DNA of 38,469 bases. Origin: Bacteroidales bacterium (GTDB lineage Bacteria; Bacteroidota; Bacteroidia; Bacteroidales; JAIORY01). The position numbers were made by a program, and so were the translations under genes. The DNA lies in contig JAIORY010000219.1 of assembly GCA_021107915.1 (NCBI GenBank), forward strand, positions 1 to 38,469. Direction: 5' to 3'. The notes under the pieces were generated by a model. The model made no database searches. It was not told the DNA's origin and worked only from the letters and a program-made list of their open reading frames with translations. This document shows positions 17,825 to 28,145 of this stretch, piece by piece (the stretch's first letter is position 1; the number at the start of each line of letters is the position of its first letter).

Positions 17825-18072
17825 GCAAGAAGTTTCTTTCAGTCGTTCCGTGATAATGTTTTGGATGAAATGGATTTTGGTGGACGGAACTCCTTCAGAA
17901 AATCTTATTTCTATTAAAGTTATTTAGAAGTACGATTTTCTGAGCCACTCGGTTTGTGGAAAGGTGAGCAAAGAGAGATGCAATTTTTGATAGTGGTTTT
18001 GTTGGCTTGAAAAGGGCGAAGAATCTTTATGCGTTTTCAACTATATTATGCAAAAAGCTTATTTGCGTTTTC
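17825..18072. repeat. About 245-nt intergenic repeat, copy A (immediately 3' of miaB)
   Basis: Roughly 80% identical by eye and colinear with 19489-19728, in the same orientation. Conserved hairpin TCAGAAAATC (17895-17904) / GATTTTCTGA (17934-17943). Confidence 0.85.
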
Positions 18073-18084
18073 AATCATTGCAAA

Positions 18085-19416
18085 TTAACCACCAACACTC
18101 TCCCCAATCAATGTTGCTGTTGTACACTTAGTAATTTTAACTTTTACATAATCTCCGGGTTTAAAGTTTTCTTTTGGAAATACACAAACTTTATTTTCAC
18201 TGTTTCTACCAAAAAGTTCTTGATCTGATTTTTTTGAAGTTCCTTCAATCAAAACATTGAATGTCTTTCCCAAATCATTTAAATTACTTTGGTGAGAAAG
18301 TTTTTGTTGAATGTCGATTATTTCTTTCAGACGATGGCTTTTGGTTTCTTTCGGAACATCATCTTTTAATTTTTTCGCAGCCATTGTCCCGGGACGTTCA
18401 GAATATTTAAACATAAAAGCGTAATAATATTCAACTTCATTCATTATTGAAAGAGTTTCCTGATGATCATCCTCTGTTTCGGTGCAGAAACCACTAATAA
18501 TATCGGTTGAAATAGTACAACCGGGAATAATTTTTTTTATTGCTTCGATACGATTCATGTACCATTCACGGGTATATTTTCTGTTCATCAACTTAAGAAT
18601 TTTTGTGCTTCCTGATTGAATAGGTAAATGAATAGAATTACAAATATTCTCATATTTTGCAATAATTTTTAGTAATTCATCTGAAATATCTTTTGGATGT
18701 GAAGTTGCAAATCTCACTCTTAACAAAGGATTAACCAAAGCTACTTTTTCGAGCAATCCGGCAAAATTCAATTTATATTCGTTTTCCCATCTATATGAAT
18801 TTACATTTTGTCCGAGCAAAGTAACCTCGCGGTATCCATCATCAAAAAGCTGTTGCGCTTCGTTAACGATGCTTTCCGGATCACGACTTCTTTCTTTTCC
18901 TCTTGTGTAAGGAACAACGCAATATGAGCAATAATTCTGACAACCTCGCATTATAGAAATAAAAGCAGAAACACCGTTAGTGCTTATTCTTACGGGATTA
19001 ATATTTGCATAAGTTTCTTCTTCCGAAAGAATAACATTTGCTGCTTTTTGTCCTGCTTCCACAGTATTTATTAATTTTGGAAGATCACGATAAGAATCAG
19101 GACCGGCAATAAGATCAATAATTAATTCTTCTTCTAATAATTTATCTTTCAGTCGCTCAGCCATACAACCCAAAACACCTATTTTAAGATTTGGATTTTT
19201 TCTTTTTTGAGCATTTAGTTCTTTTAGTCTTTTTCTAACTCTTTGTTCGGCATTTTCTCTGATAGAGCAGGTGTTAATAAAAATTGTATCAGCATTAGTT
19301 ATATCATCTGTTATCCGGAAATCATTTTCCAGCATTATTGAACTAACAATCTCGCTGTCGGAGAAATTCATCTGACAGCCGTAAGTTTCTATATATAGAT
19401 TTTTGTTTTTTGACAT
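18085..19416 (-). CDS. miaB: tRNA-i6A37 methylthiotransferase
   Basis: [11 protein letters not shown]-terminus, radical-SAM CxxxCxxC (CQNYCSYC) and a C-terminal TRAM domain. Confidence 0.9.
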   Translation of the reverse strand: MSKNKNLYIETYGCQMNFSDSEIVSSIMLENDFRITDDITNADTIFINTCSIRENAEQRVRKRLKELNAQKRKNPNLKIGVLGCMAERLKDKLLEEELIIDLIAGPDSYRDLPKLINTVEAGQKAANVILSEEETYANINPVRISTNGVSAFISIMRGCQNYCSYCVVPYTRGKERSRDPESIVNEAQQLFDDGYREVTLLGQNVNSYRWENEYKLNFAGLLEKVALVNPLLRVRFATSHPKDISDELLKIIAKYENICNSIHLPIQSGSTKILKLMNRKYTREWYMNRIEAIKKIIPGCTISTDIISGFCTETEDDHQETLSIMNEVEYYYAFMFKYSERPGTMAAKKLKDDVPKETKSHRLKEIIDIQQKLSHQSNLNDLGKTFNVLIEGTSKKSDQELFGRNSENKVCVFPKENFKPGDYVKVKITKCTTATLIGESVGG

Positions 19417-19430
19417 TTAAAATTTTTTTG

Positions 19431-19438
19431 CAAAGTTA
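19431..19438 (-). promoter_or_regulatory. -7 box TAACTTTG for miaB
   Basis: TAnnTTTG match on the minus strand about 15 nt upstream of the miaB ATG. Confidence 0.35.
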
Positions 19439-19488
19439 GAGTTTTTTGCAATCCTTATTAAAAAGTTTTTCCTTTATAGCAAAGAGTT

Positions 19489-19728
19489 TCTTTCAGTCGT
19501 TCCGTGTTAGTGTTTTGGAAGAAATGAATTTTTGCAATGCGGAACTCCCTCAGAAAATCCTACTTCAATAAAAGTTATTTAGAAGTATTATTTTCTGAGC
19601 CATTCGGTTTGTAATAAAGTGAACAAAGAGAGGTGAAGTTTATAATAGTGGTTTGGTTGGCTTGAAACTCGCGAAAGAATCGTTATACGTTTTCAACCAA
19701 ACTATGTAAATAGCTTTTTAGCGTATTC
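19489..19728. repeat. About 245-nt intergenic repeat, copy B (5' of miaB, upstream of topA)
   Basis: Direct repeat of 17825-18072. Keeps the TCAGAAAAT/ATTTTCTGA hairpin and a second stem, GTTTGGTTG...CAACCAAAC. Confidence 0.85.
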
Positions 19729-19864
19729 TGATAACGGTGTTTTAAAACTAAGATTTTTTAATTATAAATTTTCGATTCATCTTTTAACTTACTCCAGTCT
19801 TCTTTTCAGGGAAGTTAAAAAACATTTATTTAAAAAACACTTTTATTAATCATTTATATTGTTA

Positions 19865-19872
19865 TAAATTTG
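19865..19872 (+). promoter_or_regulatory. -7 box TAAATTTG for topA
   Basis: TAnnTTTG match 48 nt upstream of the topA ATG. Confidence 0.35.
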
Positions 19873-19919
19873 CAGCGGCAAAAATTTCATTGATCTTTAT
19901 AAAAAACAAGTTTTAAACA

Positions 19920-22244
19920 ATGACAAAAAATCTGGTAATTGTTGAGTCCCCTGCAAAAGCTAAAACTATTGAAAAATTTTTAGGAAAAGATTTTATAGTA
20001 AAATCAAGCTTTGGCCATGTAATGGATCTTTCAAAAAAGAATCTTGGTGTAGATATTGAAAATGGATTTATTCCTAATTATGAAATATCTGTTGATAAAA
20101 AGAAAGTTGTTTCTGAACTAAAGAAATTATCGAAAGATGCAGAAACTGTATGGCTGGCTTCGGATGAAGACCGCGAAGGAGAAGCTATTTCGTGGCATCT
20201 TGTGAATGCACTAAAACTTGATGAAAACAAAACCAAAAGAATAGTTTTTCATGAGATAACTAAAACTGCTATTGTTAAGGCTATTGAAAATCCTCGTAGC
20301 ATAGATAAAAAATTAGTTGATGCACAGCAAGCAAGACGTGTTTTAGATCGCCTTGTCGGATTTGAACTTTCACCTCTTTTATGGAAGAAAGTGAAACCTG
20401 CTCTGTCGGCAGGTCGTGTTCAGTCGGTGGCAGTGAGATTAATTGTTGAGAGAGAAGAAGAAATAAAAAACTTTAAAGTAACATCATCATATAAAGTAAT
20501 TGCCAAATTAGAAATCGACAATAGTAAAGGAAAAACAAAATTTACAGCGGAGTTGCCGAGAAGATTCAAAACAAAAAAAGAAGCAATTGATTTTTTGGAG
20601 CGATGCAAAAATGCCGAGTTTACTATTTCTAAAGTAGAAAAAAAACCGGGGAAAAAATCACCGGCTCCGCCTTTTACAACTTCAACTTTGCAGCAGGAAG
20701 CAAGTCGGAAATTAGGTTTTTCGGTGGGTAATACCATGCGTGTTGCACAGCAGTTGTACGAATCAGGTAAAATAACTTATATGAGAACTGATTCGGTGAA
20801 TTTATCTAATCTGGCTCTGGGAATGGCAAAAGAACAAATCACTAATCTTTATGGAGAAAAATATGTGAAAACACGTAAATTTTCCACAAAAATAAAAGGA
20901 GCTCAGGAAGCACACGAAGCCATTCGTCCTACTTACATGAATAATAAAACAACAGGTAAAGATGCTTCACAGAAAAAATTATATGAACTGATTTGGAAGC
21001 GAACCATCGCTTCGCAAATGAGTGAAGCGCTACTTGAAAAAACTAATGTTACTATTGATATTTCAACAACAGAAGAAAAATTAATTGCCAAAGGAGAAGT
21101 AATAAAATTTGATGGATTTTTAAAAGTTTATTTGGAATCTACTGATGACGAAAATGGTGAAGATAAAAAAAATGTACTTCCTCCTCTTAATAAAGGTGAA
21201 AAACTTCAGTTAGATAAAATGATTGCTGATGAGAGATTCACTAAATATCCGCCAAGATATACCGAAGCCAGCTTAGTAAAAAAAATGGAAGAACTCGGAA
21301 TTGGTCGTCCTTCGACTTATGCCCCTACAATTTCAACAATACAAAAAAGGGAATATGTTGTTAAGGAAGATCGTGCTGGCAAGAATAGAAATTACGATGT
21401 GATAATCTTAAAAAATGAGAAAATCACAGAAGAGGTAAAATCTGAAAAAACAGGATTTGAAAAATCTAAGCTTTTCCCGACAGATATTGGAGGAATAGTA
21501 AATAAATTTTTGCTTCAATATTTTGATAATATTATGGATTACAATTTCACAGCAAATGTGGAAAAAGAATTTGATGAAATTGCAGCCGGTCAGAAAGAAT
21601 GGAATAAAATGATCAAAGAATTTTATGGTCCGTTTCATTCAAAGATTGAAAATACCCTTGAAACAGCGAAAAAATTTAGTGGTGAAAAATTGCTTGGAAC
21701 AGACCCAAAAACAGGATTAAATATTTTTGTAAAAATAGGAAGATTTGGTCCGATGGTACAAATGGGTGATACCGAAAGTGAAGATAAACCCAGGTTTGCC
21801 GGATTGAAAAAAGATCAAAGCATTGAAACTGTAACTCTTGAAGAAGCTCTGGAACTTTTTAAATTTCCCAGAAATATTGGTGAATTTGAAGAAAAAGAAA
21901 TGACTGTGGCAATTGGTCGTTTCGGACCTTATGTTAAACATAACAGTTTGTTTTTTTCACTTAGCAAAACTGATGATCCGATAATGGTAACCAAAGAAAG
22001 AGCCATTGAAATAATTGAAGCAAAAAGACTAAAAGACAAAGAAAATACTATCCGTGAATTTGATGAAGATCCAACAGTAAAAGTTCTTAAAGGTAGATTT
22101 GGAGCTTATATCAAAATCAAAACCAAAAACTTTAAAATTCCAAAAGGAACTGATCCGGAAAAACTTAGTCTGAAAGATTGTTTGAAAATATCGGACGATC
22201 CGAAAAATGCACCAAAGAAGGGTTTTAAGAGGAAGAAGAAATAA
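19920..22244 (+). CDS. topA: DNA topoisomerase I (type IA)
   Basis: LVIVESPAKAKTIEKFLG Toprim N-terminus, active-site region ITYMRTDS, and C-terminal repeated GRFGPY motifs. Confidence 0.9.
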   Translation: MTKNLVIVESPAKAKTIEKFLGKDFIVKSSFGHVMDLSKKNLGVDIENGFIPNYEISVDKKKVVSELKKLSKDAETVWLASDEDREGEAISWHLVNALKLDENKTKRIVFHEITKTAIVKAIENPRSIDKKLVDAQQARRVLDRLVGFELSPLLWKKVKPALSAGRVQSVAVRLIVEREEEIKNFKVTSSYKVIAKLEIDNSKGKTKFTAELPRRFKTKKEAIDFLERCKNAEFTISKVEKKPGKKSPAPPFTTSTLQQEASRKLGFSVGNTMRVAQQLYESGKITYMRTDSVNLSNLALGMAKEQITNLYGEKYVKTRKFSTKIKGAQEAHEAIRPTYMNNKTTGKDASQKKLYELIWKRTIASQMSEALLEKTNVTIDISTTEEKLIAKGEVIKFDGFLKVYLESTDDENGEDKKNVLPPLNKGEKLQLDKMIADERFTKYPPRYTEASLVKKMEELGIGRPSTYAPTISTIQKREYVVKEDRAGKNRNYDVIILKNEKITEEVKSEKTGFEKSKLFPTDIGGIVNKFLLQYFDNIMDYNFTANVEKEFDEIAAGQKEWNKMIKEFYGPFHSKIENTLETAKKFSGEKLLGTDPKTGLNIFVKIGRFGPMVQMGDTESEDKPRFAGLKKDQSIETVTLEEALELFKFPRNIGEFEEKEMTVAIGRFGPYVKHNSLFFSLSKTDDPIMVTKERAIEIIEAKRLKDKENTIREFDEDPTVKVLKGRFGAYIKIKTKNFKIPKGTDPEKLSLKDCLKISDDPKNAPKKGFKRKKK

Positions 22245-22247
22245 CTG

Positions 22248-22389
22248 ATGAAATTTTAGATTTATGATTTATGATTTTAGATTTTTATTTATCAATCTAC
22301 TGATAATAAGCAATATTTTAAAATCTTAAATCTGAATTCTTAAATCTAAAATTGTTTGAACAAGACTTTATGGACAGACTCTAATTAAT
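22248..22389. repeat. Palindromic intergenic element, partial copy
   Basis: About 75% identical by eye to 10476-10617, including ACTTTATGGACAGAC (22365-22379) and CTAATTAAT. It lacks the left GTCTGTCCATAAAGT end and starts right after the topA stop. Confidence 0.75.
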
Positions 22390-22445
22390 GTAGTTATATA
22401 AGAGTGCTAAAACTTTAAATACTTTAGACATTTGAATAATTGAAT

Positions 22446-23621
22446 ATGGATATAGATATTTATTTTGAACCTGTCAGTTTTGACGGTTACAAAACAACTG
22501 AAGAAACCGATCGCAAAAAACTTGGAGATGTTGTTAAAGCATATTATCAAAAAGACAAATTCCCTGATCTCGAAAATGTTGATATTGTAATTATTGGAGT
22601 TAATGAAGAACGGAATGCATTGAATAATTCCGGTTGTGCGCTTGCACCTGATTCTGTCAGAAAATATCTTTATGAACTTTTTCGTGGAGGGAACAATTTA
22701 AAAATTGCTGATCTTGGAAATATCCATAGAGGAAATACAATTGAAGATACTTATTTTGCTTTTACCTCGGTTGTGGCTGAACTGATTTCGAATAATATTA
22801 TACCTATAATAATTGGCGGGAGCCAGGATTTGACGTATGCAAATTATCGTGCTTATGAAAAGCTAAAACAAATTATTAATATTGTTGCTGTTGATCCTAT
22901 TTTTGATCTTGGTAAAAAAGAAGAGGAAATTACATCGCGTTCATATTTAAGTAAAATAATTCTCCAGCAACCTAATTTTCTTTTCAATTATACCAATATT
23001 GGATATCAGACTTATTTTGTTGATCAGGATGCAATTGAGTTGATGAAAAATCTGTTTTTCGACACTTATCGTCTCGGTACGGTTAGGTCGAATATGGAAG
23101 AAGTTGAACCGATTGTAAGAAATGCAGATTTATTGAGTTTTGATGTTTCGGCAATAAGACAGTCGGATGCACCTGGAAACAAAAATGCTTCACCAAATGG
23201 TTTTTATGGCGAAGAAGCTTGTCAAATAGCAAGATATGCAGGACTAAGTGATAAACTTAGTTCTATTGGGTTTTATGAGGTGAATCCACAATTGGATAAT
23301 AATGGGCAAACTGCTCATTTGGTTGCCCAGATGATTTGGTATTTTATTGATGGTTTTGCAAATCGTAAGCATGATTTTCCTCATAAAGAGAAAAAGGAAT
23401 TTATTAAATATCTTGTTAAAATTGAAGGATATAATGATGAGGTGGTATTTTATAAAAGCAAAAAAAGTAATCGCTGGTGGATGGATGTTCCTGTAAAATC
23501 AAGTTTAAAACCTAAGTACGAAAGACATCATCTTATACCTTGTTCATATAAAGATTATCAGACTGCCCTTGAAAATGATATCCCCGACAGATGGTGGAAA
23601 GCGTATCAGAAGCTTATGTGA
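22446..23621 (+). CDS. Arginase/ureohydrolase-family protein (formimidoylglutamase-like)
   Basis: IIIGGSQDLTY and SFDVSAIRQSDAPG resemble the metal-binding blocks of the arginase fold. The ORF opens at TTG 22440 and the ATG at 22446 is preferred. Confidence 0.55.
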   Translation: MDIDIYFEPVSFDGYKTTEETDRKKLGDVVKAYYQKDKFPDLENVDIVIIGVNEERNALNNSGCALAPDSVRKYLYELFRGGNNLKIADLGNIHRGNTIEDTYFAFTSVVAELISNNIIPIIIGGSQDLTYANYRAYEKLKQIINIVAVDPIFDLGKKEEEITSRSYLSKIILQQPNFLFNYTNIGYQTYFVDQDAIELMKNLFFDTYRLGTVRSNMEEVEPIVRNADLLSFDVSAIRQSDAPGNKNASPNGFYGEEACQIARYAGLSDKLSSIGFYEVNPQLDNNGQTAHLVAQMIWYFIDGFANRKHDFPHKEKKEFIKYLVKIEGYNDEVVFYKSKKSNRWWMDVPVKSSLKPKYERHHLIPCSYKDYQTALENDIPDRWWKAYQKLM

Positions 23622-23802
23622 TTTTTCGGGTTTCAAGTTTCCCATAAGGGCTAACTTCGTGTCGCAAGTTTCGGGTTTACAAAAAACTGTAAATATTCAA
23701 TGCGTGTATAGTATTTTTCTAATCATTTTTGTTAATGATTATTTACAAAAAAGCACTTATTTTGTAAATCCCGGAATACAGTTTTGAATATATTTTGTAT
23801 AT

Positions 23803-24003
23803 TTGCATTTACAAAAACTTAATTTGTATTATAGCAAAGAGTCAGATTTTCTTGTTGATGATAAGTATGTTTTTGAAATTGGCGGAAAAGGAAAAAGTCA
23901 AAAACAAATTGCCGGAATTAAGAATTCATTTGTAGTAAAAGACGATATTGAACTTGGAGCAATGAATATTTTACCGCTGTGGATGTTTGGGTTTTTGTAT
24001 TGA
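23803..24003 (+). pseudogene. C-terminal remnant of a COG1373-type AAA+ ATPase (DUF4143) gene
   Basis: DFLVDDKYVFEIGGKGKSQKQIAGIKNSFVVKDDIELGAMNILPLWMFGFLY looks like the last ~55 aa of roughly 380-aa Bacteroidota ATP-binding proteins. No upstream ATPase coding sequence is present. Confidence 0.5.
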
Positions 24004-24013
24004 GAGCAAATAT

Positions 24014-25168
24014 TTATGAAAATTTTCTCCCCTTCCATTCAAATTTCAAAAAATTGCCGACAAAACCAATTATTGAAATATATAAAATATAGATCAGTTG
24101 TAAAGGAAGAAAGAAAAATAATAGTTTTTTTCGCTTAACAAATTTTGTAATTCCAAATAAAATAGGCAGATCAATAATGCATTTAATGAGAAATAAAATT
24201 AATGTATAAGAAATAAGCTCCGGAAAGAAAAAACTAAGAATTGCTCCGGCAAGTAAAAAATAATTAAAAATATAAATAATTAATGAAGTTAAAATGAGCG
24301 ACATGCTCGAATACCCACGACTTTTTGAAACCCATCTTATCCTTTGATCGAAGAAATCCTTAAAAGTATTTTTTGCTTCTGTATAAACAATGGCATCATA
24401 GCTTTTTAAAAAATGAATTGCCTGACTGCCATATTTTTTTTTGATTTTCAGCATAAGAAAAATATCATCCCCCGAAATAAAATTCTCTTCTTTTTCGTTG
24501 GTCATTACTTTTGAATATGCAGATTTTGAAAAAGCAAGATTAGCTCCGTTACACATTATCGGATGAGAAATTTTTGCAGCTCCGGCTCCGGAAACAATAA
24601 GACTCAAAAACTCAAGATTTTGAATTTTTTTAAACGTAGAATTATCTTTATGAAAACAAACAGGTCCAATAATCATTTTTACTTTCTGTGTTTCGAAATA
24701 TGCTGCAATTGTAGAAAGCCACTTTTTTCCTATCCGGCAGTCGGCGTCAGTAGTGATAATAAAATCGCCTTTTGAAAAAGAAATTGCGGTTTTAATTGCT
24801 TGTTTTTTCCCGCTAAAGTTAAGCTTAGTGTTTCGTGAAGATAATAATGTAATTTCCTTGTCGGGATTTTTGGTGATAAAACTATTAATTATTTCTTCTG
24901 TTTTATCAGATGAATTATCATCAATAACAATAATTTCAAATAAATCTTTTGGATAATCTTGTTTGATTAAATCGTTAAGGCAATTTACAATGTTATTTTC
25001 TTCATTCCTTGCCGGGATGAGTACACTTAATATTGTTTTGTGCTTTTCCCGCAAAGGAAAATACTCATTCATATTAAACCAGCCATAAGTAAACAAGCCG
25101 ATAAGAATTACATACATGAGACAAAATCCGCCAAGAAAAATGTAAACTATTGTGATGAATAATTCCAT
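24014..25168 (-). CDS. Family 2 glycosyltransferase, membrane-bound
   Basis: SVLIPARNEENNI, IIVIDDNSSDKT and TDADC motifs with flanking TM segments. The ATG at 25168 lies 1 nt after the upstream gene's stop (TAAtATG), so I prefer it to the ORF-track start at 25225. Confidence 0.8.
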   Translation of the reverse strand: MELFITIVYIFLGGFCLMYVILIGLFTYGWFNMNEYFPLREKHKTILSVLIPARNEENNIVNCLNDLIKQDYPKDLFEIIVIDDNSSDKTEEIINSFITKNPDKEITLLSSRNTKLNFSGKKQAIKTAISFSKGDFIITTDADCRIGKKWLSTIAAYFETQKVKMIIGPVCFHKDNSTFKKIQNLEFLSLIVSGAGAAKISHPIMCNGANLAFSKSAYSKVMTNEKEENFISGDDIFLMLKIKKKYGSQAIHFLKSYDAIVYTEAKNTFKDFFDQRIRWVSKSRGYSSMSLILTSLIIYIFNYFLLAGAILSFFFPELISYTLILFLIKCIIDLPILFGITKFVKRKKLLFFFLPLQLIYILYISIIGFVGNFLKFEWKGRKFS

Positions 25169-25169
25169 A

Positions 25170-26189
25170 TTATGTTGAATTTTTTCTGAAAAATTTAAGT
25201 CTGCACACAAAAACCGTCCCGACAATTGCCGGAATAATAATATTTATAAGCCATAGTGTTGATGAAGCTGAGAAAATTCCTATGTCAATTTGATTGCTTA
25301 AAAAGTCGTATTTTTCGAAAAACAAACCGATAAAATAAATAGAAACACTTCCTCGTATTCCAAGCTCTGCCAATGTAATTGTAGGAATAACAGCCATAAC
25401 GAAATATATTACAGAAACCAAAACAAATGAATAATAAATTGGAATTGAAACGGAAAATAATCTGAGAAGCAAATAAAACTGAAAAGAAAAAACCAAATAC
25501 CTAAATATACTAATTAGTAAAACAATTAATAATTCTTTTTGTGAATATAATGAAAAGACACTGAGATGTTCTCTAAATTTTTTCCATTTTTTACGAGTAA
25601 ACTTTTGCAGGAATGTTGTTAATATCGAAACATTAAAATAAAATAAAAGAATAAAAAAATCAATAATAATAACAATTGCAATTAAGCCGTAATAAAAATA
25701 CCCATAGAAATATTCAGATATGTCAAAAAATTCGGGAACGAAAAATAATACTGCAATTGATCCAAGCAAAAGTGTTGTTATCAGTTGGCTCATGCTACCT
25801 ATGATAGTAATAAGAATGCCTTCCCAGTGATTAGCTTTTTTTAAAATAAACACTCTGCCGAAATAATCTCCAACACGGTTTGGTGTAAATGCACTAACTG
25901 AAATACCTGTCAGAACTCCTTGATAAGAAGTGAAAAAGGGAATACTTTCGATTTTTTTGATAAGATATTTCCATTTCCATGATTCTAAACCTAAATTTAC
26001 AAACATCAATAAAAAAATAATAAACAGTTGAAAAACAAAACCGGTTGAAGTAAAAAGCTCTTTGAAAAGATCAAATACTTCAGCAAGGTCTTTTTTATAG
26101 AAAATTTCTCTGTAAACAAAATAGTAGGTAGCAATAATAATTACAAACCTGATAAGATAGTTATATGTTTTACGTATTTTTGTTTTCAT
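25170..26189 (-). CDS. Flippase-like / lysylphosphatidylglycerol-synthase TM-domain (UPF0104) membrane protein
   Basis: Polytopic membrane protein of 339 aa, translationally coupled to the GT2 gene. This pairing is a common arrangement. Confidence 0.5.
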   Translation of the reverse strand: MKTKIRKTYNYLIRFVIIIATYYFVYREIFYKKDLAEVFDLFKELFTSTGFVFQLFIIFLLMFVNLGLESWKWKYLIKKIESIPFFTSYQGVLTGISVSAFTPNRVGDYFGRVFILKKANHWEGILITIIGSMSQLITTLLLGSIAVLFFVPEFFDISEYFYGYFYYGLIAIVIIIDFFILLFYFNVSILTTFLQKFTRKKWKKFREHLSVFSLYSQKELLIVLLISIFRYLVFSFQFYLLLRLFSVSIPIYYSFVLVSVIYFVMAVIPTITLAELGIRGSVSIYFIGLFFEKYDFLSNQIDIGIFSASSTLWLINIIIPAIVGTVFVCRLKFFRKNST

Positions 26190-26213
26190 TGCAAATCACA
26201 AAATTATAAATTT

Positions 26214-26768
26214 TTGAAACCCGATAAAATCATATTAGGCATCGACCCAGGCACAAATATTATGGGTTACGGAATAATCCACAATAAAAATAATAAGATT
26301 GAACTTATTACCATGGGGGTTATAAAATTAGGAAAATATTCTAATCATGCCTTAAAACTAAAGAAAATTTTTGAAAGAGTATTAGCATTAATCAAAGAAT
26401 ATAAACCGGACGAACTGGCAATTGAGGCTCCGTTTTTTGGAAAGAATGTGCAGTCGATGCTTAAACTCGGGCGGGCACAGGGAGTTGCGATGGCTGCCGC
26501 ATTATATCAGGACGTGCCAATATTTGAATATTCGCCTAAAAAAATTAAACAATCGATTACCGGAAATGGAAATGCTTCAAAAGAACAGGTGGCAGCTATG
26601 CTTATGAGTCTTATAAAAATCACAGAAGCTCCGGAATTTCTCGATGCTACTGATGCTTTGGCTGCGGCTGTTTGTCATTATTTCCAAAAGAATATTGGTG
26701 ATGATGGAGATAAATATACCGGATGGAAGAGTTTTGTTAATAAGAATCCGGGAAGGGTGAAGAAATAA
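26214..26768 (+). CDS. ruvC: Crossover junction endodeoxyribonuclease RuvC
   Basis: [31 protein letters not shown] and [12 protein letters not shown] catalytic blocks. TTG start. Confidence 0.85.
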   Translation: MKPDKIILGIDPGTNIMGYGIIHNKNNKIELITMGVIKLGKYSNHALKLKKIFERVLALIKEYKPDELAIEAPFFGKNVQSMLKLGRAQGVAMAAALYQDVPIFEYSPKKIKQSITGNGNASKEQVAAMLMSLIKITEAPEFLDATDALAAAVCHYFQKNIGDDGDKYTGWKSFVNKNPGRVKK

Positions 26769-26794
26769 GTGAATGATTGAGTGACTTGTGGAGC

Positions 26795-26939
26795 TAATTG
26801 TAATTAATCGTAATTGATGGTAATTAGTTGTAATTAATTGTAATTGATGGTAATTAATGGTAATTGGTTGTAATTAATTGTAATTGATGGTAATTAATGG
26901 TAATTGGTTGTAATTAATGGTAATTGGTTGTAATTTGAT
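26795..26939. repeat. Decamer tandem array (AATTNNNNGT x about 14), left flank of four-helix-bundle gene 2
   Basis: Strict 10-nt periodicity (aattgatggt aattaatggt aattggttgt ...). GTAATTAATGGTAATTGGTT (26909-26928) matches the reverse complement of 27365-27384 at 19 of 20 positions. Confidence 0.9.
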
Positions 26940-27296
26940 TTATTGTTTTGGACCAATTGTTTTTATATAATTATTAATTTTTATACCAATTATTTCTAAT
27001 TTGTTTAATAACTCATTGGAAACATCGTTTGAGATTAATTTTCGATTTTTAGCTTTTGTTATCCATGTTTTAGTTTCAAATAGCGAACCTCGTGCATAAT
27101 AACTAAAATTTTTTCTTTCCTTGTAATGATATCTACCGATGCCTTCGCTTAAATTTGCTGCAATAGAGTCTGCTGAACGGACAAGTTGTTTTCCTGAAGT
27201 ATCTTTGTCAAAGTAATCCCATTTAATAACATTGGAATAAACTAATTCACCCAAGTCCATTGCAAGATTGTAAACATTAAAGTCTTCTAATTTCAT
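26940..27296 (-). CDS. Four-helix-bundle protein (23S rRNA IVS protein / TIGR02436 family), copy 2
   Basis: FNVYNLAMDLGELVYS...GKQLVRSADSIAANLSEGIGRYHYKERKNFSYYARGSLFETKTWI. Start preferred at MKLEDF (27296) rather than the ORF-track start at 27353. Confidence 0.8.
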   Translation of the reverse strand: MKLEDFNVYNLAMDLGELVYSNVIKWDYFDKDTSGKQLVRSADSIAANLSEGIGRYHYKERKNFSYYARGSLFETKTWITKAKNRKLISNDVSNELLNKLEIIGIKINNYIKTIGPKQ

Positions 27297-27353
27297 TGTT
27301 AATATATTGTTATAATTAGTAAAAAAAATGATTGATTTTGTTGTAACTGCCAT

Positions 27354-27428
27354 AAATTACGTGTAACCAATTACCATAAATTACGTGTAGCAAATTACTA
27401 CAAATTACAGCTTAGCTAAATTACCATA
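27354..27428. repeat. Right flank of four-helix-bundle gene 2 (ATAAATTACGTGTA / CAAATTAC units), inverted relative to the left array
   Basis: AACCAATTACCATAAATTAC (27365-27384) is the inverted partner of 26909-26928. ATAAATTACGTGTA occurs twice. Confidence 0.85.
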
Positions 27429-27430
27429 TT

Positions 27431-28090
27431 TTAAAAAAATGCCTTCGCAATTTTAATATCTGCCTGTCTTGTGATTTTTATGTTTTCGGGATTTCCTTCA
27501 ACGAGGTTAATTTTTATTCCGGTGGATTCTACAACACTTGCATCATCGGTAAAATCTTCACAGAAATCTTGTTTGTAAGCTATTTTTATTTGTGATGAAC
27601 GAAATATTTGAGGAGTTTGAACTATCCTGAAATTTTCTCGGTCAGCTGGTAAATTTTGTGAATTTTTTATTTCTCTTATAGATTCATTAATTGTAATAAC
27701 GGGCACAGCATTTCCCAGTTTTTCGGCAGTTTCAAAACAATTTCTGATTACTTCTTTTTTAACAAAAGGTCTAACACCATCATGAACTGCAATTAAACAT
27801 TCTTCACTAATTACAGATAATCCGTTTTTAACCGACTGAAAACGTGTTTCACCTCCTTTAATAAGTTGATGAGGGATTTGAAAATTATATTTTTTACATA
27901 ATTCATCCCATGTTTCAAAAGATGTTTCCGGTAGTACGAGAACTATTTTAATTTTATTGGAATAATCAAAAAAAGTATTTATTGTATGCATCAAAATAGG
28001 AAGATTGTTCAATAAAATAAATTGTTTGGGTATTCCGGCATTCATTCTTTTGCCGCTTCCTCCGGCTGTTACTATGATGAATTTTTTCAA
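27431..28090 (-). CDS. ispD: 2-C-methyl-D-erythritol 4-phosphate cytidylyltransferase
   Basis: IIVTAGGSGKRMNAGIPKQF N-terminal motif and VAVHDGVRPFV block. Confidence 0.85.
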   Translation of the reverse strand: MKKFIIVTAGGSGKRMNAGIPKQFILLNNLPILMHTINTFFDYSNKIKIVLVLPETSFETWDELCKKYNFQIPHQLIKGGETRFQSVKNGLSVISEECLIAVHDGVRPFVKKEVIRNCFETAEKLGNAVPVITINESIREIKNSQNLPADRENFRIVQTPQIFRSSQIKIAYKQDFCEDFTDDASVVESTGIKINLVEGNPENIKITRQADIKIAKAFF

Positions 28091-28145
28091 ATAGTATAGA
28101 TTATTAACATTTTTTTGAATATGAAAACAAGATTTTTGGTTTTGT

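Noticed and set aside
18007-18228. Short intergenic or edge ORFs (12697-12921, 13696-14086, 18007-18228, 23569-23787, 28144-28338, 32150-32371)
   Set aside because: They run across repeats, promoters or the ends of opposite-strand genes. They have no motifs or plausible starts. 18007-18228 is largely the repeat A sequence plus the antisense of the miaB 3' end.
26795-26939. CRISPR array
   Set aside because: The 10-nt units are contiguous with no spacers and are far shorter than CRISPR repeats. No cas genes are nearby. The same reasoning applies to the 7-nt array at 14314-14380.
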